Shown: piece by piece, positions 33,891 through 48,726 of the stretch
How positions within the stretch are numbered: the stretch's first letter is position 1
Layout of the letters: the number at the start of each line of letters is the position of its first letter
NCBI RefSeq assembly: GCF_009914755.1
Contig: NC_060932.1
Reading direction: 5' to 3' (one strand)
Source: the human T2T-CHM13v2.0 reference genome, Homo sapiens
Length of the DNA stretch: 64,000 bases
The notes under the pieces: generated by a model
What the model saw: only the letters and a program-made list of their open reading frames with translations
What the model was told of the DNA's origin: nothing
Database searches by the model: none
Position numbers and translations under genes: made by a program

Positions 33891-35171
33891 TTGATTCACC
33901 AAGAATGTATAACAGTTATAAGTTTATGGGCTTCTAAAACACATGGCCTAAAATATACAAAACAAAGAGTTGGCAGAACTTTAAGGAGAAATCTGCAAAC
34001 CTACATTCATAGTGGAAAGTTTTAACACATCTGGCTTGATAAATCAATAAAATGGCTAAGGATATAGAAGATTTGAACAAAACAATTAACAAACAAAATC
34101 AAAAACTATAAAAACAAAGTACCCAATAAGAACAGAATATATACCCTTTTCAAACACACATGTAACATTTATAAAAATAATAAGACATAAGGCAAGTCTC
34201 AAATTTTAAAGGATTTCAATCATACCAAATATGTTCTCTAACAGCAATGCAATTATGTTAAAGAGCAAAATTTTTAAATAGCTGGAAATTTTCCGTATGT
34301 TTGAAAATTAGGAGGTATAATTTAAAACAACTAGTGGCTAAAAATAACAAACCATAATTAAAATTATAAAATATCTATAATTCAGTGCTACATATTAAGA
34401 TGTGAAATGCAGTCAAAATAGCACTTAGAGGAAAATTTATAGAGTTTAATGCACATATTAGAAAACCAAGCCCAGCAATAAATTTTAAAAATACATAATG
34501 ACCAAACTGAGTTTATCCCAGAAACATAAGCTTCATCTAACATTTAAAAACTCAATCAATCACATTAACAGGCCAAAAGAGAAACAAGATATCTCCTCTA
34601 TAGGTGCAGAAATAACATTTGGTAAAATTCAGCATCCATTCACTCATAGTGAATTCAGAAGAAGGACACCTGTTACAGCCACTTTTGACATCGTACTTGG
34701 GGTGGGGGGTCTTAGCCAAGGCAGTACAATAAGGGAAGAAATGTAAATGATATAAGGATTCGAAGGGAAAAAATCCAATTATCACTTGAGCTTATATAAT
34801 TGTCTATGTAGAAAATTTAAAAGAATTTATAATTTAATAAAATTTGGACATGAGCTTGGGAAGTTGGAAGAATAAAAAAATCAACATACAACAATTATTT
34901 CAAACATAAAAATAGAAAAAAATTATTTTTATCTGCAATAAATAATTAGGAACATTTTTAAATGTCAAAACCACAAAAAATTAAGCTCCCAGGACTAAAT
35001 CCAAGAAAATATACATAGAACATAAAGGTAAAAATGATAAAACTTTAAAATTCGTTAAAAAGATTGAAATAGGTCGACATACTATACAAAAGTCAATCTC
35101 CAAATTAATCTATAGAGTCAATGCAATTGCAATAAAAATCTCAATAGGTTGTGTGAATGTGCATGTGTTCA

Positions 35172-35208
35172 TGTGTGTGTGTGTGTGTGTGTGTATGTGT
35201 GTGTGTGT
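35172..35208. repeat. (TG)n microsatellite
   Basis: Direct reading. Confidence 0.95.
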
Positions 35209-36756
35209 AAATTGACAAGCTAATTCTAAAATTCATGTGGAAATGTACAGGACCCAGAATAACCACAGAACTCTTGAAGAACAGCAATATGGCAGAATTT
35301 GCTCTTTAAGATATGAAGACGTATTTTAAAGCATCACATGTTAGACTGTTATTGGCCCAGAAATAACCAAATTGACCAATGGAGCAGAATAGAGATCCCA
35401 GAAATCCAGGGAAAGGATTTTCTTTTCCTAATAAATGGTGCTACAAGAGTGGAATATCTATTTAAAGTAAGTGAGATTAGACATCTACCCTCCAGCACAT
35501 TAAAATGTCAGGTATCAATGGGCCATAGACTTCCATATGAAAGGAAAAGCTATAAAGATTTTAGAGTTATAGAGAGTTTATAGAACAATATCTTCCTGAA
35601 TTGAGGAACAAATTGGTTAATTCAGTAAATTAAAAGAAAGAATTTGTGATTACCAAGAGATACCATAAAGTAAAACAACAAGAAAGCCCCAGAATGGGAG
35701 AAGATATATGCAATACATATAACTGACAAAGAATTCATATCTAGAATATGCATTTTTAAAATACTACAAATTAATTTTAAAAACCAAAGTAAAAATTTGT
35801 AAAGGACTAACATGCACTTAGAGAATATCCAAACGGTATATATAACAGCCTCATATAAACCACGAGATTGACAGACATTAAAATATTTTAAGAGCTGGGG
35901 CAGCATGGTTAGAATCAGGCCTCAGGTGACTCAGAGACTGGTAGAGAGTGGTAGGTAGCAGTAGTTTGATTGCATCTTGAAGTGTTGGATGGGGCAAGGA
36001 AGAGAATGGAGCAAAACATTGTAACTCTTAGAATTATGTCACTGCCTCAAAATAGGAAGATCTTGAGGGCTTTAGATAATTATAACTATAAACCACATGT
36101 TTATCTTATCTGCCACTAATTAAATTCACTATGCATTTTAGTTGAAAGCTGTCATTAGATTTTGAAGTGGAAATTAGAGGCATTGAATGCTATTTCTAAT
36201 ATTAGCTATAGCCACATTGACAGGTGACCAAGAGTGTAGAGACATTTAGAATTAAAGGCTCACATTCTGGTTGAATATTATGTCACTTTAAGTATCAATG
36301 TAGAAATGACAACAAATGCCTTTAACAATGGATAGGTGCCTATTCTATTTAAAAATACTCCAAGCACTTCCTTAAACTCTACATTCTATAGTTGTTTCCT
36401 TGCTCTATGGACAACATGCAAGAGGGTGAGGCATTGCACGACCACCTCCTTGACGGTTGTGGAATTTTGGCAGCTGTCTCTGCTCACCATACTTCCCGAG
36501 GATTCCTCAGAGCCAAGAGTATCTGCCAAGAGGAATCAAAATGTTGCTGATGACCAGGAATTGGATGTGTTACAAGTGGAGGTGTTCCAGCTCTCCGAAT
36601 TTGCCAACTCCATTGTTAGGAGTGTGATAAATGGATTGGGTGCATCTGCCCTTGTGAGCTGACAGAGATCCAAGCTGTTTAAAAAATGACAGGAAGCCAC
36701 CCTAGAAACAAGAAAATGTATGTAAAGAGGCATTTTCCAGAGATTTCTTCCTTCCT

Positions 36757-36987
<231 letters not shown>

Positions 36988-38345
36988 AGATTTCTTCCTT
37001 TCAAGGCAGAAATAACAGCCCTTTCATTTGATTGGCCTAGACATGATATCTTTGGAACCATGGGGGGGGAAATGCTGCAATTCCTATTTCAGGGCCCAGA
37101 GTGAGAATTCCAGGAATATTAATAGTGCTGAAATATAGTAAACATAAAAGTAAAAAAATGACAAAAGGCATTTTATGCTATTAGCAAATATTTCATTATA
37201 AATTCTGCATGTAAAAAAACATGTCTACAATGGTCCTATCTATAAGAATTTATAAATACCCCAGATATCTTTCAAAAAGGATGAAAATAAGTTTTGGTTA
37301 AATAAATTTAACACGAACCATCATTGTTTGATTTTTAAAAATTTATTCTGAGTTTAGGATTAGAATGGATTATACATCATGATTTATGCTTTTAAATATT
37401 TTGGTAATGTAAAGCATCCTGATGCTGAGCTCCTTAAATATTCATCTACTTCCTAATCAATAATAGTTCAGTTCCTAAAATAGATGTGATTTGTTCCATT
37501 TATCATGTAGATTGATTTATAAGGTGTACTCTACTTTTCTGCTTTACTTCTGGACTTACTGTTTTAAAATGAAACAATTTGTTCTAAACTAATACAGTAA
37601 ACAAAAGCTTAAGGTGTGTTCCTACATAGACGTATGATAGGCACAGTAGGGAGATGAGTCAGGTGGAATTTCCAGCAGAGTCCCTCAGAAACTGCTTTCT
37701 GATCCACAGAGGAGAAGGCCTTATGCCCACAAGAAAATTTCTATAGATTATTAAGTGGAAAACCCTATTTAGAAAGAGGCCAAATATGCATTTGAATACA
37801 AAGGAAGTCACAGTATTTGTTCAGAAAACCAAGAGTTAGTTAGGACTTGTGGAAGATTAATGAAGGGGTCTTAATTTTGTTCAAGAGAGACTTTTTTGAT
37901 AGCTGAGTTGAACTTTTAGAATATATGTTGTGACGTTCTGTTAATTCTGGAAAATTCTTCTGGTTCTAAATGGAAGTTTGGTGTAAACTGGTCCTGTTGC
38001 TGAAACTCTTAAAGGTCTGTAGGGGCGGGCTACTGATAGCTTCTTGGTAAAAAGAAACTTCGCATATTTGCCAACAACAAATGTCTCTCAGACTCAACAG
38101 TCATGCAGATACTGAGAATTCCTTTGGAAATGTGAGAGGAGAAATAGTACTATTGCGCCTGTGCATTCGAACCAAGGGACATCATTTAGTGAAAATGTAC
38201 TTGTTAATCACCGCTAGTCTGAAACTCACCATTTCACAGTATTTGCGCTAATAAAGAATATACAAATGAACAGTGCCCTTCTAAAACGCCATGGTTCATT
38301 CTTGTCAAATAACACACTCTCCTTGTTTTTCTTTTATTTTAAAAG

Positions 38346-38559
38346 AAAATTGGCCCTGAAACACCATCCAGACAAGAATCCAGATGATCCAGCTGCTACT
38401 GAGAAGTTTAAAGAAATCAACAACGCCCACGCAATACTTACCGACATTTCAAAGAGAAGCATATACGACAAGTACGGATCGCTGGGACTCTACGTGGCCG
38501 AGCAGTTTGGAGACGAAAACGTTAACACCTACTTCATGCTGTCGAGCTGGTGGGCAAAG
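38346..38559 (+). CDS. DNAJC5B: DNAJC5B exon 4: J-domain with HPD motif and linker ([15 protein letters not shown]...LSSWWAK)
   Basis: Acceptor ttttattttaaaag|A and donor AAG|gtgaaa; 214 nt, phase matches exon 3. Lies within ORF 38266..38604 and shows the canonical HPD and the CSP-specific [16 protein letters not shown]. Confidence 0.98.
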
Positions 38560-40904
38560 GTGAAACTGAATTTCCTTTCTTCACAATCTCCTGTAAGACC
38601 ATGATATTAATCACTCTTTTAGATTCCATCTCAAAGGAAGTCTAACCTTCCTGCTATTAAACTCTGGTAAATAAAAGGAGATATTGCTTCCACTGAATGC
38701 TATTATTTAGGATCATTTCTGGTTTAGCTCATCAAATAATTGTAAGATACAACATGATTTAAAATACTTCTAGACATTAATTATATTTGAATTTGGAGCT
38801 TCAGATTAATTCTTTATAATGACTAAGTAAGGACTGACTCATTGCTCAAAACCAAAAATAATTTATTAGTGTGACAACTGCTTAATAAATTATTACGGGG
38901 CAAATTTAGCCATGTCCTTTTCTATCTATAGCATAGGCTACATCAGCAAACACAATACTGGGAAGAATGAGTGGTAATTATGTCAGAGACTCACTTGGAG
39001 CCTGCTGTGAGGTAGAGGAGAAGGAAATTAGGGGGAAAAGGTGAGAATTTACTAGTGGAGGACAGGGAATTGGAGAGGCAGAGATGGGGACAGAGAGCAA
39101 AATGGATACCTAGTCAAGAAAAGGGCGACATTTTTAAGGGCTTAGTGCAATCAGAATTGACTTTCGTGTGGTAAATTTTGTTTGGTTTCCTAGGAATCTC
39201 TAGTATATATATGTTTGGTGATGGTTTTTATTTGTTTGTGAATATTAATATCCTTATCTTCTGATAAAACTATGTTTACACATGGGTCATACATGTAGTC
39301 CATCAACATATTTTGTGGACGGTTCACATTCATATAAGTTCCAATACATAATAATAATTATTAAATATCTAAAAAGGCAGGTTTACTAGTAGTATCTGTT
39401 TGCTATTTTCTTCCACTAAATCTTGCTAAATTGAGTTTTATGTATGCAGGAAGACAGAGAATATGTTTTTGTACATCAGCATGCAAAAGGATTCTTGCAA
39501 CCTAGCCTAATTTGCTTACTATAGTCCTCAGAGTTCTGTTTCTCAGGGATACCTGGGATTCCCCTTTGAAACCCCTTTCTCTGTTGTTGAAGACTTAGGG
39601 GAGAGACAAGTTCCTGTTGAGCAGATTTGGAATTTGGAATGAGAGTGTACACACCGACAATGTCATTTATGACAATAGATTGAACGTTCATAGGACAGTA
39701 CAAGCTTTTGTGGGTTTGCGTGGGAACCCAACCTCTGGGCGTGACACTCTTTCCATGGGAAGATACTGCAGAGGCAGGTCCAGATAATTACACACATCCA
39801 CCTGATGGCACCTCAGGGCCTGCCTGCATAAAAATGAGAATAAACTTCCTTGCTTTGGAAGCTGACAAAATTGATCAAAATTCACATGGACAAGCAGAAT
39901 CTGCCCAGTAGTGTGAGAGATATGCAAAATAATTCCTGGTGTGGTTCTTTAAACATAAGACCACAGAAAAACATATCTTTTCCTTCTCCTTGTGCCAAAG
40001 CCCAATTTCACGGCACCCATCAGAATGGCCCTGCACGTAGCAATCATGTGATAAATATGCACTACATGAATGAATCAGTGTACCACAAAGATACATACTT
40101 ATAAAAATATTGGACACCTACCTGTGCCTAGTACTGTACTAAGCACTGTAAGGGATAAAGCAAGTCTATTTCCACAGAAGGCAAACAATCAAGTTGGAAT
40201 AAAGAACAAAACATTATATGAATGAAAAGAAAAAGTTCAGAGAAGAGAATAATATGGGAATTGCATGGTAAAAACAAAAAGGACAAAAATAGCTTAAAAA
40301 AGGGAGGAGTTTCTTGGGGCAATGGCTCAAGAACACTGCACAGGAGGCTGTGGAGACTGTTAGTGAGGTGGCGGGTGTTGTAGTTGTTTACAGAGTAATT
40401 TACCTAAGACTACGAAAATGTAAATTTTCCATAGCAAAGAGATTATATGTTTGAGGATGTGACTGAAGCTCCCCTACTCCAAGCCACCAGAGGCTCCACC
40501 TCAAACCTGGGGCCAGAATCAGAGATGAAGCCCAGGTCTATGAAGCAGGAGTGGGGCAGGTGAGGGCTGTCAACATTAAAGATTTCTACCTGAAGTTATT
40601 GAAGAAATACACAGGCACACAAGTCCTCTTTGTCCCTCTTGCTCCCTTAATTAGATAAAATCTGTGTTTCAATTAAAGGTGTATAAACCTCTTTCTTTCT
40701 ATTTCAAATTACATATTTTTGATAAAATCTTAAATTGATTTTGCTCAATTCACAAAAACTGACTTTTTATAACTTCACATTGGAGGAGTTGAGAGTTTCT
40801 TTTAGTTTTTAGCTATAACAAACAGCGAGCAAACCTTTCATGTTTTTGGGGAAATCCTGCTGCTGTTCACCAGGTGGAGCAAATCATTTGTTTATTTATT
40901 ACTT

Positions 40905-41600
40905 TATACAATCATTAATTCAGCTGGTATTTTATAAGCATCTAACACATACCAGGTACTAAGTCCTTCAGTAGGAGGAACTGAAAGATGACTAGCTGAC
41001 AGTGCCAGCTTGCAGGAAGCTCACAGTCTAGTCCAAACTGATCAATGTTCTAAAAGTATCACTTAAAAAAAGCACCAAAGTAGAAGTCTGCATGAAATGC
41101 AACTGGGGACAAAGGAGGGAGTCATTGTTTTGGGCAGGATCAGGAAAGATGTCATAGAAGGGATCTTTAAGATGAGTCTTACACACCAGGTGGATATTTT
41201 GTTAGGTGACTGGGGAACTGGGAGGTGGACGTCCAGACAGATGAATCCACAGGGAGAGCAGAGTTATAAGGCAATGAAAGGCAAGAACAGGGCTGTGCTG
41301 GTGCAGGGAGGCATTGGCAGAGCCAGATCACCATAATAAGGATCTTGGCTGTATCTCAGAGGCAGGAGCGCCATCACATGGGTTCAAGAGAACATGTATT
41401 TCAGAAAGTTCACTCTATCAGCAATGCGCAGCATGGATTTGAGGGAGGCCAGAGGGGAGGCAGGGAGGCCAGTTGCGAGGCTGCTGAAGTGTCCAGACTA
41501 GACATAGTGAAGGTCTGTTCTGAAGCCCTGCTGGCCAGGATAGAGGCATGAGGGAGGATGCAAGAGACTTGAGGAGAGACGCTATCCAGGACTTGGTGAC
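40905..41600 (-). mobile_element. L2 fragment
   Basis: tcattaattcagc..tatttataagcatcta..ataccagg; ggaagctcacagtctagt. Confidence 0.65.
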
Positions 41601-42062
41601 CAGCAGGAATGTGAGTGTAGGAGGGGGAGGTATCGGACAGTTCATTCTTTATCATTCTGGTGAGAATGATTCAGCTCCCCTGGGCAGGGGGCTTGCTAAC
41701 TCATTTCACCTGCAGAGGTTTTGTTGGTTGGTTTTTTGGTTTTTGTCTTGCTTTGCTCTGCTCTTAGTAATGATCACCATATAGCTTAAGAATAAAAAAA
41801 GGAAGGCCATACTTTATTACTTTGGCTACAAGTCATTTCCTCTGAGTCTAATTTACTAGGCAAAACTTTACCAGGAAATTGGTTTCTAAGGAAGTGAAAT
41901 AGTTCTTATGTGGAGTAAGGATGAGGGTGAAGATGTGGCCTGTGGGGTGAACTGTGAAGTGTTCAGGTCTCTGGGGGTACCTGGGTACAGACTTGATTTC
42001 ATGGGTTCTCCCCTCACCCCATCACCCCTCATCCTCATTTTGCTTTACCTCTGTTTCCCTAG

Positions 42063-42234
42063 GCCCTGTTTGTCATCGTTGGCCTCTTGACGGGCTGCTA
42101 CTTTTGCTGCTGCCTGTGCTGCTGCTGCAACTGCTGCTGTGGACACTGCCGGCCCGAGTCATCAGTGCCAGAAGAGGACTTCTATGTGTCCCCAGAGGAT
42201 CTGGAGGAGCAGATCAAGTCTGACATGGAAAAAG
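42063..42234 (+). CDS. DNAJC5B: DNAJC5B exon 5: cysteine string ([57 protein letters not shown])
   Basis: Acceptor ctctgtttccctag|GCC and donor AAG|gtgggg; 172 nt. Has 12 Cys in 18 residues and the conserved FYVSPEDLE motif. Confidence 0.98.
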
Positions 42235-44379
42235 GTGGGGTAGGATGAGAGCAGAGGTAGTGAGTGTCCATTCATAGGCCTGAGCAAGCACCAGGTCCCA
42301 CGGGGACAGCTATCACTATAGTAGGAGAGCTCCCACAACCAAATGGGTGGAACTTCACAGACTGTCAGCTTTGGTACAGCTTCTGGGGAGAATGAAAAGA
42401 TAGATACCTTTACCAGGCATAGAGAAAAGCAGTGCCTGATGCCGTTAGAAAGAAAATCATGAAATATGCTGATGATGAATCAAAGGAAATACAATTCAGG
42501 TCTCATTACAAGAGAGTGAGCACTGGATTCAGGGAGGATTGGGTGAGAATGCTCAGGGCAGGAGAACCAAGGTAGAAATTTTTTCACAGAAAAAGTATTT
42601 CAGCCGGTTCCTTTAAGATCTCCTTTGAAATAGAAGAAAGTGGGCATCAAAAAAAGTCACCAACCCTTGACTTTGCTTCTTTTTAATGACTTGATTATGA
42701 ATTTGGGTGAACTAGGAGAGAGAAGTCCTTCTTTACCTGAAATATAGCTTCTTTCAGGAGTAGCCTCAAACCAGCATCAAGGATGGGACTATTTGCGTTG
42801 CTAACCCACCTCCGTGTGTCCATGTGTATGCATGACTGTGATGTAGTACTTGATTCTTCAAGTTCATGCTATCCAAAAATGAAAAAATTTTAAAAATGTA
42901 AAGAAAGATGAGATCTCACAGGATTCACAGCACCAGGAATACTTTACGTCCTCTGGGAAATGCCTTTGTTTAAAGAAGCTGGGGTCAGACCTGCCATTGT
43001 CCTGCTCCACCTTACAGCCAAGATCCTCCTGTCATTCTCTCCCATTATTCTCTCTCATAGTTATCCTGGAGTACAGACTTTATCACTGAATCCCCAAAAA
43101 ACCTAGACAGCCAAATAAAAGAATTACTTGATAATTCAGACAGTGGCCCATTTTTGTCAGAACTGCTAAAATTAGGAACAGTGTACTTTTCTGGACTGTA
43201 TTGTACTCTGATTCTTTTGATCATACTGAAAAGGAAATTCCAGGTTGTCAAGCACTGGAGACTAGTTAAAGGCTTCCACACACCTTTTATTCCCTATGAA
43301 ATGCAGTGTTAAGTAATATCCAGGTATTACCCACCCTGACTCCAGCTCAGAGGAAGGGGTCTTCAATCATGTAAATTGTACAGATTCCCAGACTCTTTCA
43401 GGCTTGGGAGCTTAGAGAGGACAGAAGGAGTTTTCTTGAAACCTGGGACCCCTTGCTGTGGGGACCTGTAGGTGGCCAATCCAGCAAACAGAGGGGTTGT
43501 TCTGACCATTTTTTATTACTGACCTTGAAGCCAAATTGTGGGCCCATGGTGAAACAGAATTATAACTTTATTTTCCTTTATTCAAGATGTAAAAGGACAA
43601 ATTAATCTTTTAATGGGGTCATTTATACCAAGAAGACCAAGCAAGCAGGATTACAAGTAAATGGGTTAAGGAGTAATGTATGCATGGAAACTCCTTTTCT
43701 TCAGGAAAAGGTCCGTGACATTGACACAACTTGCCTGAGAATGACAATCCTAGCATCTGAATCCTATCTGCTCTTGTAAAGGAGAGAAACTGTTACAAGA
43801 TTATGTCAGGGGTTGCTGGCCCCATAGACCATAGGATCTCCCATAACATCCATCAGCCCAGCCCAGTACTCAGTCACTGACAGGACCAGAAGAGACAGCA
43901 AGATAGGAGAGTATCTTCAACATCCTCCACTGGGTCAACCTAACTGAACTTTTCCTTTACAGTGGGAAAACCAAACCTAGGTATCCCCTAGGATACCTAG
44001 GTTCAATCTAGGATTGAACCTAGATATCCCCAATCCAGTGTTTCACACTTCTCTGAACAGCCTCACAGTCTTTCCTGTTTTAAATTAGATAAAAGCTTCA
44101 CCAGGTCATTTCAGTAGACCTTCTTTGTGGAAGATTTCTTTTCTGGAACAGAAATCCATACTAGGTGCCAGATTCCACCCAGGTTTCCTCCCTGCTGGGT
44201 GATTGGTGATGAATCTACATGTCTCTCACTGTTCTCAGCTCTGACACCCCAGAGCTATCAATTCCATCACAGAGGTCAGATCCTGGATGAAGTAAACCAC
44301 GATCCTGTTTGACTATGTTAAGAATTCTTAACCAAAAGGAAAAGCTTTATCTTGTTTCTAAATATTTAGCAGCTCCTAT

Positions 44380-45736
<1,357 letters not shown>

Positions 45737-46489
45737 CTCTTGGATCTACCCTCTCCTTATAAGGAACTATGCCTTATTTGCAGTTAGTTGTATTAGTTAG
45801 ATTCACGTTTATACTCCACTAATCCAGAGCTCAGGCTGGTTAAGGATGAAAATCAGACTTCATCTGAAGACTAAGCTTTCTGGACTGTGGTCCAATAAAT
45901 GGACTGGACTTGCATCTGCTCTGCAAAAGAAGGGGACTCACTTAAGGTTCTTTAAGAAAATACACTTGAAAGAGTCTACTAGCCACTTAAAAATCAAGTG
46001 ACTCAAGACAAAGAATAAACAGCAATCATCAAGGTTTGAATCCATTAGAAGGCACTGGTATGACACTGGGGCTTTAAGAATCTTATTTTAATGATTCTGA
46101 AGTTTAATTCAAAAATGGCAAACTGTTTATCACTTGGGGAATCCTTCATTCTTAGGTAGGATCTAATAAAAAAAATCTTAGGATTTTAGACTTGGGAGGA
46201 ATCTGAGGAATCAACCCTCACCTCTGCATGGCTTTTCTAGGCAGCTGCTCAGTTGAAAGCCGCCTGTGGTGGGGAGGTTTAGGACTTTGTTTATAAGTAA
46301 GAGATGCCCATAAAAATTCAGCCACCAAAGGAGGGCATAGAGTCTAACATAACTCTACAGTCCACCCTCAGGCACCACTCAAGGATACCAAAACACAATT
46401 ACATTTATACAGTTTTTGTGTAAACTTTTTTGTGTTTTACAAAAATGTGGTATCCACATGTTATTATGCCCTTTTCCTGCATCTTTGCA

Positions 46490-48003
<1,514 letters not shown>

Positions 48004-48726
48004 CTTGGTTTGCTGCTGTGCTGTCACTGTCTTAAAATTCTTAATTTTTGAATAAGGTACCTCACATTTTCATTTTGAACTGGGTTTGGCAAGTTATATA
48101 GCCACTACTGAGGATATTTCCTTGTGTGTACTATAAATCAGGATTTCAAGTTTGATGACTTTTGCCAACAGAAATTTTTCTTTGAAGGAACTATTAGCTA
48201 CCTTTACATTTACATTAAAAAATCTACATTATATAAAGATGTTTAAAAGAACAGAGGAGCCAACCCTCACTGGCAAGGAAGAAGACAAAATGCCTCCAGA
48301 GCATAATACTCTGGTTTTAGGGAAGGGGAAAACTAATTAAGATGAGACAAGGTGGGATGGGGAAGACTAAGTGGAGCCAGGGCTTTATATTAATTACCCA
48401 TCTAAATTCTATGTTACAGATTATTATATTGTACTTGGAGATTTGACCAGCATATGAAGATTACCACAGGAAATTAATTTTTCATACATGAGCACTAATT
48501 TTAAGGAAATATGGTTAGCAGTTCTTTCTTCTATTATTCTCCCCATCTTTTATCCAGAAATGTCAAGATGCAAAGTATAGTAAAACTGATATGGGGCAAT
48601 CTTTACTCCAGAATAAAAGTAATAGCTACTTAACACTTTGTCTTCTTATACCTTACTATACTAAAAAATAAGAGAAAGGAACAGGGATTAACTAGGGAAA
48701 TACATTTATGATTTGAATTCAGTTAC

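Noticed and set aside
36336-36662. 108-aa ORF with a protein-like acidic segment
   Set aside because: GTG start, no recognisable family and no convincing splice sites; probably chance.
41954-42223. 89-aa Leu-rich ORF over exon 5
   Set aside because: Shifted-frame reading of the TGC repeats, starting at a non-ATG codon in the intron.
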